DNA of 64,000 nt from an uncultured delta proteobacterium (GCA_963743305.1 CAVUPH010000013.1:128001-192000), one strand, 5' to 3'. Counted from the first letter of the stretch, positions 49,181 to 60,174 are shown. Made by a program: numbers and translations. The notes: generated by a model from the letters alone, not told the origin.

Positions 49181-52100
49181 TCAGGCCGGAATTACCCGGC
49201 GGAGATCCGGGTTTTTTCCTCCTGAACCCTGCACAGTAAAATTCCTGAACCAGGTTACCGAATCCGCTTTTGTCCAGAGACCGGGATGCCCTTTTAAGGG
49301 GGTGGCCGTCTCATAGGTCAAAATCGGATCTTCATCCAGATACCCCGTTATGGCCCGACCGTTTATTTTCACCTTCAAGGCGTACCAGCGATCGGATTCG
49401 ATTTTCTTTGGACTCGCCGCCCGATTAAACCGTCGGTGATTTTCATATTCAAAAAGAACCAGATTGTCCTCCAGGGCGTTCAGACGCCAGACAAAATAAT
49501 TGCCGAGGCTTCGAAGGCCGAAGGCGATTCCCCCGGCCCGATCGATATGGCCGCCGGTAGCGATCACTTCCACCTGAATCGTCCCTTCTTCCAGCTCAGT
49601 GTCTCTGGCTATAATCAAGGGGAAATAGTAGTAAGCTTCCATCCGGTCTAAAAAATCCTGGAGCCGGGGACCCGTCACTTTTCCCAGCAGTTTGGCCAGT
49701 CCGGTGGAAATTCGGAATCCGGCTCGGCTGCCGTCCTGGAGAATCGCCGGGACCCCTTCGAATTCCTTCTCCTCCCAATTACCCTCTTGAATATAAAAAC
49801 CGGGGAGTTGGTCCTGCCGGTCGCGGGAAAGAAAATCGTAGTCCCCCTGGAAAAAGCGATCGGCCAGGCGTTCCACCTCTTCGGGTCGGTTCAGGGCCAT
49901 GTCCAGCAGGCGGGTAGAGGCCAGTAGCCGGCCCAGTTGGTCCAGTTTGGCTTCGAGAGGTTTCCGGTCAAACCCGGTCAGGGCGGCCTCCAGGAGGTCA
50001 CCCTGGACCGATACTTCGAAACCCAGCCGTTTCAGGACCAGGTCAAGAAAGAGGACCCGGAGCGACCGGCCGAGAAAATTACCGGCTCCCCCGGAAAACC
50101 GCAGGGAAATGTAATTCTGACTTCCCTGGTCCCCGCAGAGCGTATCCAAATTGGCAAAATGGTAGCCGAAGCGGGCGCTAAGGTTCAAATAATCTTTGGA
50201 CAGAAAGGCGTAACTCTCTCCGCCGGGGACCTCGCCGAACTCGGAGGTGGCGCTGGAGGCCATGAGGCTGAGAAAGCTCTTGGGGTCGAATTGAATGGTC
50301 CCTTTCCAGGTGATGCCGGGATGGGTGAAGCCTTTCCAGAGGGCCTTCATCGGTACGGACTCGATGTGGTCGGGCACGACTGTTTCGCAATCGGTCAACC
50401 CGAATTTCAATCCGCCGCCCAGGTCAATCAGGTTGAGGATCAGGGGGATTCCGGTCTTCAGCCTTACGGAGATGGTGTGATTATCGAGGGAGTCTCCCAA
50501 CCCGAACATTTCTTTCATGGCCAGTTCGTGGGTGAAGCGGATCAGGTCATGGATGGTCCGGCAGCCCTGCGGGGAGAAGGACGGGGACTGGGGATCGGTC
50601 AGTGAGAGGGGTGAGATAGTATCCAAGAGGTCCCGCAGCCTTCGGCTGACCGGGCTGTCCAAAAAAGGCCGGCCGGCCAAAGTCCTGAGAGACGGCCGGG
50701 CCTCATCCAATCCCTCGTAGACGGTCGCCGAGTCGGCATCCAGGGTAACCGGGGTCCCCTGGGGGATGGTTGTGGAGGCTCCCCTGGCCCCCACGATCAA
50801 AGGGATGGCGAATTCCCGGGCTACCGAGGCCAGATGGCTGGTAACACTTCCCATTTCCGTGACCAGGCCGTTGACCCGCCCGGCCAGGCGGGCATATTTC
50901 GGGGAAGCGGTCGGGGCCACGAGGATAACCCCCTCTGGAATGGAGGACAGTTCGTCCTCCCCTTTAAGGACCCAGGCCGGGCCGGTCGCCACCCCGGGAG
51001 AAGCGGTTCTGGCCGCCGGAAAAAATGACCGGCAGATCAGGTGTGGCCTCGGGGGCCAGGGTTTTTTCCCCGGATTCCAGGAAATGGAGCGGCCGGGACT
51101 GGAGTAGGAATAGTTTTCCCTCGAGATCCTGGGCCCACTCCACATCCTGGGGGCGCCCGAAAAATGTTTCCAGCCGCAACCCGTAGTCCGCCAGGCGCAA
51201 CACCGTTTCATCCGTCAGGGCCGGTTGTTCCCATTCGGTTTCTGGGACTTCCTCAATCCCGGTTCCGCCCTCCGGAAGTCCCACCAGACGCCGCTTTTTC
51301 CGGGAAATGGTCCGGGATACTACCGTCCGCTTTTGACGGTCCACTCCGAAGGAATCCGGCACCGTCTGCCCGCTGACCAGTTCCTCCCCCAGGCCCCAGA
51401 CAGCAGACACCTCCAGCCGATCGGCCTCCGGATCGGAAAGGTCCCTGGTGTACATCACCCCGCTGGATTTCGGGCGAACCATGACCAACCCGGCCACGGC
51501 CATGGGCAGATCTGCATCTTCCAGACCCCGCTGCCAGCGGTACCAGATGGCTCGAGGAGAATATTTACCGGCCAGAACGGTTTTATAGGCCTCCAGGAGG
51601 TTGTCCCGACGGACGTTCAGCACCGTGGTAAATTGACCGGCAAAGCTGGCTTCCGTGTCCTCTCCAATGGCGCTGCTCCGCATGGATATTGAAACGTTCG
51701 GCTCGGTCCGATTTTCCAGGGAGCCATAGGCCTGGAGAATCGCCGAGGCAAGGGCGGCCGGCATTGGGCTGTTCCGGATTTTGTCCTGCAGGGTCAGGCT
51801 GACGGCATCCAGATCGGCGGCATCCTCCGGATCCAGGTGGAAAAGCTTTTCTGTTATCGTGGCTTCCAGGCCGTTTTCCGACAGGAAATAACGGGCCCCG
51901 TCGGCCGTTACGGCAAACCCGTCCGGGACCGGCAGGCCCAGTTCCTTTTTTATAAGCCCCAGGTTTCCGGCTTTCGCCCCGACCAGCCCGAGTTGGTCGG
52001 CGTCGATCTCATCCAGGGAGAGGATATAAACGTCAGCCGAAGAAACCCGGGGAAGGGCCAGCGGTTTTTCGACTTCTCCCCTGATCCGGTTGAAAACCGC

Positions 52101-52379
52101 TTCCAGGTCGGTGAATCTATCCCCGACCAGTTCTTGGAAGGTCTGCAGCAAGCCCTCCGCCGCGGTTAACAGGGCCTGGGCCTTTTCCCGGACTCTGGCC
52201 GAGGTAAAGGGGCGGCCGCTGAAGTGCATCTGTTCCAACTCGGCCAGCAGGCCGAGGGAGGTATGATTGAAGTCCAGGAATTCCTTGAACCGGCGGTAGC
52301 GATCCACCTGGCGGCCGTCCTGATTGACCAGCAGGGTGCAGACATCCGGTTTGGAAAAAAATTTGAAAAGATTTTTCAT
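49181..52379 (-). pseudogene. PEP synthase/pyruvate,water dikinase-like protein with C-terminal lectin-like domain, +1 frameshift near 51007
   Basis: GAKAGNL, RSSAIGED, SFAGQ, DVEW, LQSRP; continues GQ|TASPG and phospho-His GSVTSHLASVARE if one A is removed. Confidence 0.8.
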
Positions 52380-52453
52380 GTCTTATTCTTCCAGTGATGG
52401 AAACCCAGTCATTCCGATTTCATTCCGGTATGTTCAGGATGTATCTAAGTGAT

Positions 52454-53764
52454 TTAAATTATACCCAACAGTCTTCCTAAAAGTCCAATGGCTCCAGCCG
52501 AAATGATTACCGTGATCATCCCCACGCGGAGCCATTGCAGGGCGACGAAGGAAGCAAGGCCTATGACTATTCCAAACCAATTGACTTCACCAGGTGCCGG
52601 AAAGAGGACCTGGATTCCGAACCAGACAGCCAGATTGAGAACCACCCCGACGACCGCGGCGGTGATGGCCGAGAGGACGGCGGATAGTCTTTTATTTCCT
52701 CTAAATTTCTCTATGTAGGGGCCTCCTAACATGATGAATAAGAAAGAGGGGAGGAAGGTAAAATACGTGGCGATCAGGGAGCCGATGAGCCCGGCCCAGA
52801 TTGGATTTAAAGCTCCCGGATTATTCCATCCCGCCATGAAACCGATAAACTGGACCACCATGATTAAAGGGCCGGGAGTGGTTTCAGCCAACCCCAGCCC
52901 GTCAATCATCTGGGGGCCGGTCAACCAGGCAAATTGCTCCACCCCGGCCTGGGCGATGTAGGCTAAGACCGCGTACGCACCGCCAAAGGTTAGAAAAGCG
53001 GCCTTGGTAAAGAACAATCCCTCGGTGACAAAGACAGGATTTGGAATTAAGATCAGCCCTCCCATGGGGATAATCCAGAGCGTCAGAAACACCAGAATTA
53101 GAATAATACTCCGTTTCATGGAGGGTTCGATATGGCAAGGGAGGTCTATCTCACAGTATTGGACATAAGCCTCCTCAGAATCGCCATCCTTTTCCTTAAT
53201 GACGTCGAATTTCTTAGGAAGGTAAAGCCTTCCTAAGAATCCTGTCAACCCGGCCCCCAGGACGATGACAGGGAAGGGGACCTTAAAGAAGAAAATCGTG
53301 ATGAAGGCGACAGCCGCCAGGGCTATCAGGGTCTCATTTTTTAAGGCCTTCTGGGCAATCTTAATGACGGCGGCGGCCACAATGGCCAGGACGGCCGGTT
53401 TGAGGCCGCTGAAGACCGCGGCGATCCAGGAGATGTTCCCATAAACGCCATAAACCAGGCTGAGGCCGAAAAGGATAAAGATGGAGGGGATGACAAAAAA
53501 ACTTCCTGCCACCACACCCCCCGGTATTTTATGCAGCAGCCACCCTATATAGATGGCCAACTGCTTGGCTTCCGGGCCCGGCAGCAGCATGCAGTAATTG
53601 AGGGCCTGGAGGAACCGGGTGTTGGAGATCCAATTCCTTTTTTCCACCAGTTCCTGGTGCATGATGGCAATTTGACCGGTCGGCCCGCCGAAACTGATGA
53701 AGCCCAGCTTCAGCCAGAATTTGAAGGCTTCCCGAAAGGAAGGGTGGGGCGTCGGTTCGATCAC
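52454..53764 (-). CDS. chrA: Long-chain chromate efflux transporter
   Basis: SFGGPTGQIA, LPGPEA, TFGGAY, TPGP. Confidence 0.92.
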   Translation of the reverse strand: MIEPTPHPSFREAFKFWLKLGFISFGGPTGQIAIMHQELVEKRNWISNTRFLQALNYCMLLPGPEAKQLAIYIGWLLHKIPGGVVAGSFFVIPSIFILFGLSLVYGVYGNISWIAAVFSGLKPAVLAIVAAAVIKIAQKALKNETLIALAAVAFITIFFFKVPFPVIVLGAGLTGFLGRLYLPKKFDVIKEKDGDSEEAYVQYCEIDLPCHIEPSMKRSIILILVFLTLWIIPMGGLILIPNPVFVTEGLFFTKAAFLTFGGAYAVLAYIAQAGVEQFAWLTGPQMIDGLGLAETTPGPLIMVVQFIGFMAGWNNPGALNPIWAGLIGSLIATYFTFLPSFLFIMLGGPYIEKFRGNKRLSAVLSAITAAVVGVVLNLAVWFGIQVLFPAPGEVNWFGIVIGLASFVALQWLRVGMITVIISAGAIGLLGRLLGII

Positions 53765-53827
53765 CTTATTTCCCAGTAACTTTCAGATCATCAAAGTGAC
53801 TTCGGGCATCGGCCTTGGTCCAGAGCC

Positions 53828-55087
53828 CTATTTTGTTGATGTTTTGGGGACCGGCATATCCCGCCCCCAAACGGCGAAACCCACGGTGCCGATGATCCCA
53901 AAGACGAAGGCCATGATGAAATTCACCTCCGGGCTGATTTGCCATAGAAACGCGCCTCCCAGGGCGGCGGCGGATACAAAGACGTCTCGGATCAGGTAGT
54001 AGAGCCCGAACATGCCCGCCTGGCAGCTTTTGGGGGAGAGATCCATGATCAGGGATTTGCGGGTGGGCTCGCCGAACTCCTTGAGGCCCCGGAGGATAAA
54101 GGCCAGGACCAGCCATTCGAAGGAGCGGCTATAAAGTAAGACCAAGGGGAAAAAAGTGAAAAATACAAAGGTCGTGAGAACAAAAGGCTTCTTGTGGCTC
54201 CGATCCGCCAAGTAGGCCACCGGGATATAGACCAATACCGCCGTGGCCATCTCGATCGTCGTCAGGAGGCCGAACTGAAGGGCCGACACCGGATCGGCGA
54301 TGGTCTTCAGACACCAGACTACCACGAAGGCGTAGGGGATCTGCTCGCAGAAGCGGATCAGGATGTCGGTAATCAGGAGCCCTTTCATGGCCGGGTTCAT
54401 CAGCCGCAGTAGTCTCAGCGGATTTTTTTCCGGGGAAAGTGTGCAGGCCTCCCCCGAGGATTTCGTGGCGGACCGGTCGTCGGCGAGCAGTCTCTGTTGC
54501 AGGACCAAGGCTACCCCGGCCAGGACCAGCGCCGCCTCAAAGGCGAGACGAACCCCGTCACGTTCCCCCCAGAGGCTAATAAAGACTCCGCCGACCAATG
54601 GCCCCAGGGCCATGGGGACGCGGCGCACCAGCGAGTGCATGGTCACCCCCATGGTCCGTTTGTTTTGGGGCAGCACCCGGTACATCAGGCTCATGGTGGC
54701 CGGCAGCGAGATGGCCGACCAGGAGATGAAAAGCACCGCTCCGGCCAACACCGCCTGCCAGGCGGGGATCACGATCACCAGGGAAAAGCCCGCCATGGCC
54801 ACCAAGTTGAAAACCAGCAGGGAACGCTTGGTTCCGATGCGGTCGGCGAGGTAGCCGCCGGGAAAGCTGTAAAGGGCCGAGAGCAGGTTATCCATGGCCT
54901 GGAGCAGCCCGATGGCCAGCACGCCGCCCCCCAGGGCCATGAGGTAGATGGGCAGAAAGCGCTCGCCCATCCGCTCGCCCATCCCCACCAGCACCACCAT
55001 GGCCAGTAATCCGACGGTGCTGCGCTGCAGGGCGAGGAATCCGGTGATCCGGGCGGTGCGGGTGGAGGCGGGGTCCGGAGACGGCAT
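53828..55087 (-). CDS. MFS transporter
   Basis: GYLADRIGTKR motif A; about 12 TM helices. Confidence 0.88.
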   Translation of the reverse strand: MPSPDPASTRTARITGFLALQRSTVGLLAMVVLVGMGERMGERFLPIYLMALGGGVLAIGLLQAMDNLLSALYSFPGGYLADRIGTKRSLLVFNLVAMAGFSLVIVIPAWQAVLAGAVLFISWSAISLPATMSLMYRVLPQNKRTMGVTMHSLVRRVPMALGPLVGGVFISLWGERDGVRLAFEAALVLAGVALVLQQRLLADDRSATKSSGEACTLSPEKNPLRLLRLMNPAMKGLLITDILIRFCEQIPYAFVVVWCLKTIADPVSALQFGLLTTIEMATAVLVYIPVAYLADRSHKKPFVLTTFVFFTFFPLVLLYSRSFEWLVLAFILRGLKEFGEPTRKSLIMDLSPKSCQAGMFGLYYLIRDVFVSAAALGGAFLWQISPEVNFIMAFVFGIIGTVGFAVWGRDMPVPKTSTK

Positions 55088-55090
55088 GGA

Positions 55091-56062
55091 TTATCCTTTG
55101 CGTCTTTGGAAATAAGTATACAAATTTTCATATAAACGGATGCCCTCCTCCAGGCGTTGATCGTCGTCCGGATGAGACGAGACCAGTCCGGTCAATAAGG
55201 CTCGGAAGCCGTCCGTTTCACGACGGTTGAATTTATCGTCCTTTAAGTCGATGTCGTGGACGATCTCGGCCAGCGGTACCAGACCCCGGTCCTGGAATTG
55301 GCATCGCCCGATCATCACCTCAAAAGTACACCGGTCCCCTTCGTGGGTGAATTCTCCGTCGAACAGGTCGAAACGAAGTTCCCCGGGCTGCGGGGTATAA
55401 TGGGGGCCGCGGACGAACTTGAAGACCGCTTTTGGGTCGATAAAGCGCCTGATCAACCATCCGCAGGCCAGACGATCCACAAAGAGGTTTTTCCGGGTCA
55501 CCCAGGTTTTTCCCTGCAGCCGGTCGACCTGCTCCAGACTGCCAGGCGCCGTCAAGGGCTCACCGGCAACTTGGGTTTCCAAGTTCAGGAGCAGGGCTTC
55601 CGCGGTTCCCCGTTCGGGCGTTTGAAAGAAGTCGATGGCGAAGACCTCGTCCAATCGGCGCCGCAGCCGGGAGACCCGGGCCGGTCCCTTCAGCGCCGGG
55701 TCCCTCGGGTCGTCCGGCCCGGAAGCCCGGGCCGTGAACAACTCCCGGGCCTCCCGGATAATGTTTTCGTAATCGAACCGGCGGGCGCCTTGAAAAAGGG
55801 CGATGATCTGGTCGTCAGCCAGGCCTTCCAGAAACCGCGCCTCCGAGATGGACCCCTCCCCGCCGCCCTCGACGATCTCTTTGAGTATCCAGTTCAAGTC
55901 TTCCCGTGAGTGTTCGGAAGGGGGTAAGGCATAGACCGATTGTTTTAGCGCCACGGCGCCCACCTGCTGTAACCGGCGCCAGATTTTCACCCGTAGGGCG
56001 TTGGGCTTGGGGGGAAGTTGATGGATTAAAAGCAACCACTTTTTCGAGTCATGGGGGTTCAA
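55091..56062 (-). CDS. chrB: Chromate resistance regulator ChrB
   Basis: WLLLIHQLP..RVKIWRRL, WVTR..VDRLACGWLIRRFID, FTHEGDRCTFE; TTG start after CAGGAG. Confidence 0.88.
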   Translation of the reverse strand: MNPHDSKKWLLLIHQLPPKPNALRVKIWRRLQQVGAVALKQSVYALPPSEHSREDLNWILKEIVEGGGEGSISEARFLEGLADDQIIALFQGARRFDYENIIREARELFTARASGPDDPRDPALKGPARVSRLRRRLDEVFAIDFFQTPERGTAEALLLNLETQVAGEPLTAPGSLEQVDRLQGKTWVTRKNLFVDRLACGWLIRRFIDPKAVFKFVRGPHYTPQPGELRFDLFDGEFTHEGDRCTFEVMIGRCQFQDRGLVPLAEIVHDIDLKDDKFNRRETDGFRALLTGLVSSHPDDDQRLEEGIRLYENLYTYFQRRKG

Positions 56063-56082
56063 TAGAGACTCCTGATAACAAG

Positions 56083-56103
56083 TGTTACTTATATAATGTA
56101 ACA
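56083..56103. promoter_or_regulatory. Candidate ChrB operator
   Basis: TGTTAC-N9-GTAACA inverted repeat just upstream of chrB. Confidence 0.55.
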
Positions 56104-56202
56104 TCAATAACAATTAGTCAAGGGTGATTCCCAGTAAGTTTTGAAATTGATTCGCAGGAGTCCGTCAATCGATGGTTTTTGAGGGGGGATTAAAAAGAGC
56201 AC

Positions 56203-56231
56203 TTTACAACATTGAAATAACAGGGTAAAAT
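56203..56231 (+). promoter_or_regulatory. Sigma70 promoter for ybaB-recR
   Basis: TTTACA-17-TAAAAT. Confidence 0.55.
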
Positions 56232-56276
56232 TCCTTAAAAATTCAAACCATTTTACAACAGGTAAGGGAAAAAATT

Positions 56277-56597
56277 ATGAAAAATTTTGGCAACATGGGC
56301 AATATCATGAGCCAGGCCAAAAAAATGCAGGAGCGGCTGGCCTCCGTCCAGGAGGAGATGGCCCTTAAAACGATCGATGGTTCGGCCGGGGGCGGGATGG
56401 TGACCGTTACCGCCAACGGCCGCCAGGAGATTATTTCCTTAAAAATCGAACCGGAGGTGGTCAATCCGGAGGACATCGAGATGCTCCAAGACCTGGTTCA
56501 GGCCGCGGTGAATGATGCCTTGCGTAAATCCCAGGAGATGGTCCAGCAGGAAATGTCCAAGATTACCGGGGGCCTGAAAATTCCCGGCTTGTTCTAG
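56277..56597 (+). CDS. ybaB: YbaB/EbfC nucleoid-associated protein
   Basis: QAKKMQ, AGGGMV, DIEMLQDL; adjacent to recR. Confidence 0.93.
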   Translation: MKNFGNMGNIMSQAKKMQERLASVQEEMALKTIDGSAGGGMVTVTANGRQEIISLKIEPEVVNPEDIEMLQDLVQAAVNDALRKSQEMVQQEMSKITGGLKIPGLF

Positions 56598-56599
56598 CC

Positions 56600-57205
56600 A
56601 TGGCCTTATATCCGCCCCCCCTGGCCCGGCTGATCGCCTCCCTGACCCGCCTGCCGGGGTTGGGGGAGAAGAGCGCCACTCGCCTGGCCCTTCACTTCCT
56701 GCGCACCTCGGAGGAGGAAATCCAGGAATTGGCCCGAAGTCTGGTCCAGGTGAAGGAAAAGATCCGCACCTGCTCCATCTGTTTTAACTGGACGGAATCC
56801 GACCCCTGTCCTTTGTGTCTCCATCCGGGAAGAAGGGCCGACCTGCTTTGCGTGGTGGAAGGCCCGGGCGACTTATTGGCCCTGGAAAAGAGCGGTGGCT
56901 TCAAAGGAAAATATCATGTCCTCCAGGGGACCTTGTCGCCGATCGACGGAATCGGCCCCCGGGAATTGCGGATTCGAGAACTCCTGGATCGACTGGAGAA
57001 AGAGTCCATCAGCGAAGTGGTTCTGGCCCTCAATCCGACCACGGAAGGGGAGGCGACCATCTCCTATCTGACCGAGCAGATCAAGGCCCGCAGGCCCCAG
57101 GCGCGCCTCACCCGGATCGCCTACGGCATCCCCATGGGCGGGGACTTGAAATATATGGATAACTACACCATCAAAATGTCGCTGGAAAGCCGCAGAGACG
57201 CCTGA
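56600..57205 (+). CDS. recR: Recombination mediator RecR
   Basis: LPGLGEKSA, CSIC..CPLC, YHVL, EGEAT. Confidence 0.95.
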   Translation: MALYPPPLARLIASLTRLPGLGEKSATRLALHFLRTSEEEIQELARSLVQVKEKIRTCSICFNWTESDPCPLCLHPGRRADLLCVVEGPGDLLALEKSGGFKGKYHVLQGTLSPIDGIGPRELRIRELLDRLEKESISEVVLALNPTTEGEATISYLTEQIKARRPQARLTRIAYGIPMGGDLKYMDNYTIKMSLESRRDA

Positions 57206-57211
57206 TTGAAA

Positions 57212-57297
57212 AAATCCCTCCCAACCTCCCTTTATAAAAGGGAGAGGGCCGATGGAAAGATTCCCCCCTTTGAAAATGGGGGGTGAGGGGGGATTTA
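57212..57297. repeat. REP-like doublet palindrome (CCCTTT..AAAGGG family)
   Basis: AATCCCTCCCAACCTCCCTTTATAAAAGGGAG...CCCCCTTTGAAAATGGGGGGTGAGGGGGGATTT. Confidence 0.6.
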
Positions 57298-57349
57298 TCG
57301 AATGGGTTAATATAATAAAATCTTTTAAACAAATAAGGTGAGAGAAATA

Positions 57350-59029
57350 ATGACCAGTAGCGGATTAATGAAGGGTTCAGAAATCATCGTCGAGGTCCTG
57401 CGGGAAGAGGGGGTGGACGTGCTGTTCGGTTTTCCCGGCGGATCGGTTATCCCGCTCTACGACGCCCTCTACGACTGTTCCATCCGTCACATCTTGACCC
57501 GCCATGAGCAGGGTGCGGTTCACGCGGCCGATGGCTATGCCCGGGCGACCGGCAAGGTGGGGGTCTGCATCGCCACCTCCGGACCCGGGGCCACGAATCT
57601 GGTGACCGGGCTGGCCAACGCCAATATGGATTCCGTGCCCTTGGTGGCCCTAACCGGCCAGGTGCCCACCCACATGATCGGCAACGACAGTTTTCAGGAA
57701 GCCGATATTTACGGGATCAGTATTCCCATTACCAAGTATAATTTTTTGGTGAAGGACTTGAAGGATCTGGCCCGGATCCTGAAAGAGGCCTTTTATATTG
57801 CCCGCACCGGGCGTCCGGGTCCGGTCCTGGTGGACCTGCCCAAGGATATCCAGGAAAAAAAAATAAGGTATAAACCCGCCGGAGAGGTTCAAATTCCGAG
57901 CTACCATCCCACCTTTAAGGGGCATCCCAAGCAGATCGAGACCATGGTCCGGGCCATCCGGGAAGCGCAGCGGCCGGTGGCTTATGTGGGCGGCGGGGTT
58001 ATCTCCGCCGGGGCCACCGAGGAACTGGGGCAGTTTATCCGTACCTTGCAGATTCCCATTACCAGCACTCTGATGGGTAAGGGAAGTTTTCCCGAAAACG
58101 ATCCGCTGGCCCTGGGCATGCTGGGCATGCACGGCACCCGGTATGCCAATAACTCCGTCTACCACTCCGACCTCATCCTGGCCTTAGGGGTCCGGTTTGA
58201 CGACCGGGTGGCCGGCGACGTGAAGAAATTCGCCCCCCAGGCCAAGATCGTCCACGTCGATATCGATCCGGCTGAAATCGGCAAGCGGGTGAATGTGGAT
58301 ATCCCCATTGTAGGCGACTTGAAAACGGTGCTGACCCAGGCCTTGGCTCTGATCAAGGCCGGGGAACGGAAAAAATGGCTGGAACAGATTAGCGAGTGGA
58401 AACGGCTGTACCCCTTGAAATATTCTCTGGAGGGGGGCCTGAAGCCCCAATATATCCTGGAGTGTATCAACGAGATCCCGGGTCGGGACCTGATCGTGGC
58501 CACCGATGTGGGACAGCATCAGATGTGGTCCGCCCAGTTCATCAAAACCCGGAAGCCGAGGGGCTTCATTTCCTCCGGCGGCCTGGGGACCATGGGTTTC
58601 GGTTTTCCGGCCGCTATTGGCGCTCAGGTGGGCTGTCCGGAGGACACGGTTATCGTGGTCACCGGAGACGGGAGCTTCCAGATGTGTATACAGGAATTGG
58701 CTACCATCCGGACCTATAATATCCCGGTCAAGATTTTTATATTCAATAACGGCGTCCTGGGGATGGTTCGTCAATGGCAGGAATTGTTCTGCAACAAGCG
58801 CTACTCCCAGACGCGGTTTGAATTCAACCCCGAGTTCACCAAGGTGGCGGAGGGCTACAGTATCCCGGGGCTGATCGTCCGGACTCACGAAGAGGTTAGG
58901 CCGGCCATTGAAAAGGCTCTGTCGGACCCCGGGCCCTATCTGCTTGATTTTCGCGTGGCCCCGGAGGAAAACGTCTTTCCCATGGTCCCGGCCGGTAAGG
59001 GGATTTGTGAAAATATGGAGGAGTGTTAG
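57350..59029 (+). CDS. ilvB: Acetolactate synthase large subunit
   Basis: RHEQGA, TSGPGATN, GMLGMHG, GDGS, GMVRQWQ. Confidence 0.95.
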   Translation: MTSSGLMKGSEIIVEVLREEGVDVLFGFPGGSVIPLYDALYDCSIRHILTRHEQGAVHAADGYARATGKVGVCIATSGPGATNLVTGLANANMDSVPLVALTGQVPTHMIGNDSFQEADIYGISIPITKYNFLVKDLKDLARILKEAFYIARTGRPGPVLVDLPKDIQEKKIRYKPAGEVQIPSYHPTFKGHPKQIETMVRAIREAQRPVAYVGGGVISAGATEELGQFIRTLQIPITSTLMGKGSFPENDPLALGMLGMHGTRYANNSVYHSDLILALGVRFDDRVAGDVKKFAPQAKIVHVDIDPAEIGKRVNVDIPIVGDLKTVLTQALALIKAGERKKWLEQISEWKRLYPLKYSLEGGLKPQYILECINEIPGRDLIVATDVGQHQMWSAQFIKTRKPRGFISSGGLGTMGFGFPAAIGAQVGCPEDTVIVVTGDGSFQMCIQELATIRTYNIPVKIFIFNNGVLGMVRQWQELFCNKRYSQTRFEFNPEFTKVAEGYSIPGLIVRTHEEVRPAIEKALSDPGPYLLDFRVAPEENVFPMVPAGKGICENMEEC

Positions 59030-59032
59030 GTT

Positions 59033-59536
59033 ATGCGTCAGGTCATCTCGGTCCTGGTTCGAAATCATCCCGGGGTTCTCTCCCATGTGGCCAGCCTCTT
59101 CACCCGGCGGGCCTATAATATTGAAAGCATTGCCGCCGGCGTTACCGAACGGCCGGACGTGACCCGCATCACCCTGGTGGTCTCAGGGGATGAAACGGTG
59201 CTGGAGCAGGTCATCAAGCAGCTTCGGAAACTGATCGACGTCATCCGGGTCATCGATCTCAAATATTCCCAGGCGGTCACCCGGGAATTAATTCTGATGA
59301 CCGTCTTGCTCCCGGCGGATAAAAGGGTGGAATTTATCCAGATCGCCAATTCCTTCGGGGCGGTGATCGTGGATATTTCCGATCAGACGGCCACCATTGA
59401 GTTTTCAGGGAACGAACGGCAGATCCACTCCGTATTAATGGCCCTGGCGGCATTCAAGGCCAAGGAAATGGCCCGCACTGGTCTGATTGCCCTGCCGATC
59501 GAAAGTCTGGGGGACAGTAAAGAATTTATCGTTTAG
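59033..59536 (+). CDS. ilvN: Acetolactate synthase small subunit
   Basis: NHPGVL, YNIES, KQLRKLIDV, ARTG. Confidence 0.93.
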   Translation: MRQVISVLVRNHPGVLSHVASLFTRRAYNIESIAAGVTERPDVTRITLVVSGDETVLEQVIKQLRKLIDVIRVIDLKYSQAVTRELILMTVLLPADKRVEFIQIANSFGAVIVDISDQTATIEFSGNERQIHSVLMALAAFKAKEMARTGLIALPIESLGDSKEFIV

Positions 59537-59625
59537 CGCTTGACAAAAAATTCAAAGGTATGATAGATAAGAATGTTTTGGGGATTTAAAATCTGGAAAG
59601 TGTGAGTGAAACCGTGAAAAATCCA

Positions 59626-60174
59626 ATGATTGAAGTGCGCATTCATGGCCGGGGAGGGCAGGGAGCAGTGACTTCGGCGGAGCTGATGGCCTTGGCGGCC
59701 ATCGACGAAGGAAAATACGCTCAGGCTTTTCCCAGCTTCGGCCCGGAACGCCGAGGCGCGCCGGTGGTGGCCTTTCTAAGAGTCAGTGATGATCAGATTC
59801 GGATTAGGTCCAAGGTCTATCAACCCGACGTGGTGGTGGTCTTGGATCCCACCTTGTTGGATATTGTGGACGTTTCCGCCGGGCTGAAACCCAAAGGAAC
59901 CGTGATTATTAATTCAGCCAAAAGCGCCGAACAGATCCAAAAGCAATACGGCTTTAAAGGGCGACTGGCGACCGTGGATGCGACGAAAATTGCGATGGAG
60001 GAAATGCGGGTCCCGATTACCAATACGACCATGCTGGGGGCCTTGATCAAGGCAACCGGCATGACCCGGTTGCCCTCCATGGAAAAACCGCTCAAGGCCC
60101 GCTTCGGCAAGATAGCGGAGCGCAACCAAAAATCCATGCAGCGGGCCTATGAAGAAACCGCGATAAGGGAGTAA
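59626..60174 (+). CDS. porC: Pyruvate/2-oxoacid:ferredoxin oxidoreductase gamma subunit
   Basis: HGRGGQG, FGPERRGAP, NTTMLG. Confidence 0.85.
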   Translation: MIEVRIHGRGGQGAVTSAELMALAAIDEGKYAQAFPSFGPERRGAPVVAFLRVSDDQIRIRSKVYQPDVVVVLDPTLLDIVDVSAGLKPKGTVIINSAKSAEQIQKQYGFKGRLATVDATKIAMEEMRVPITNTTMLGALIKATGMTRLPSMEKPLKARFGKIAERNQKSMQRAYEETAIRE

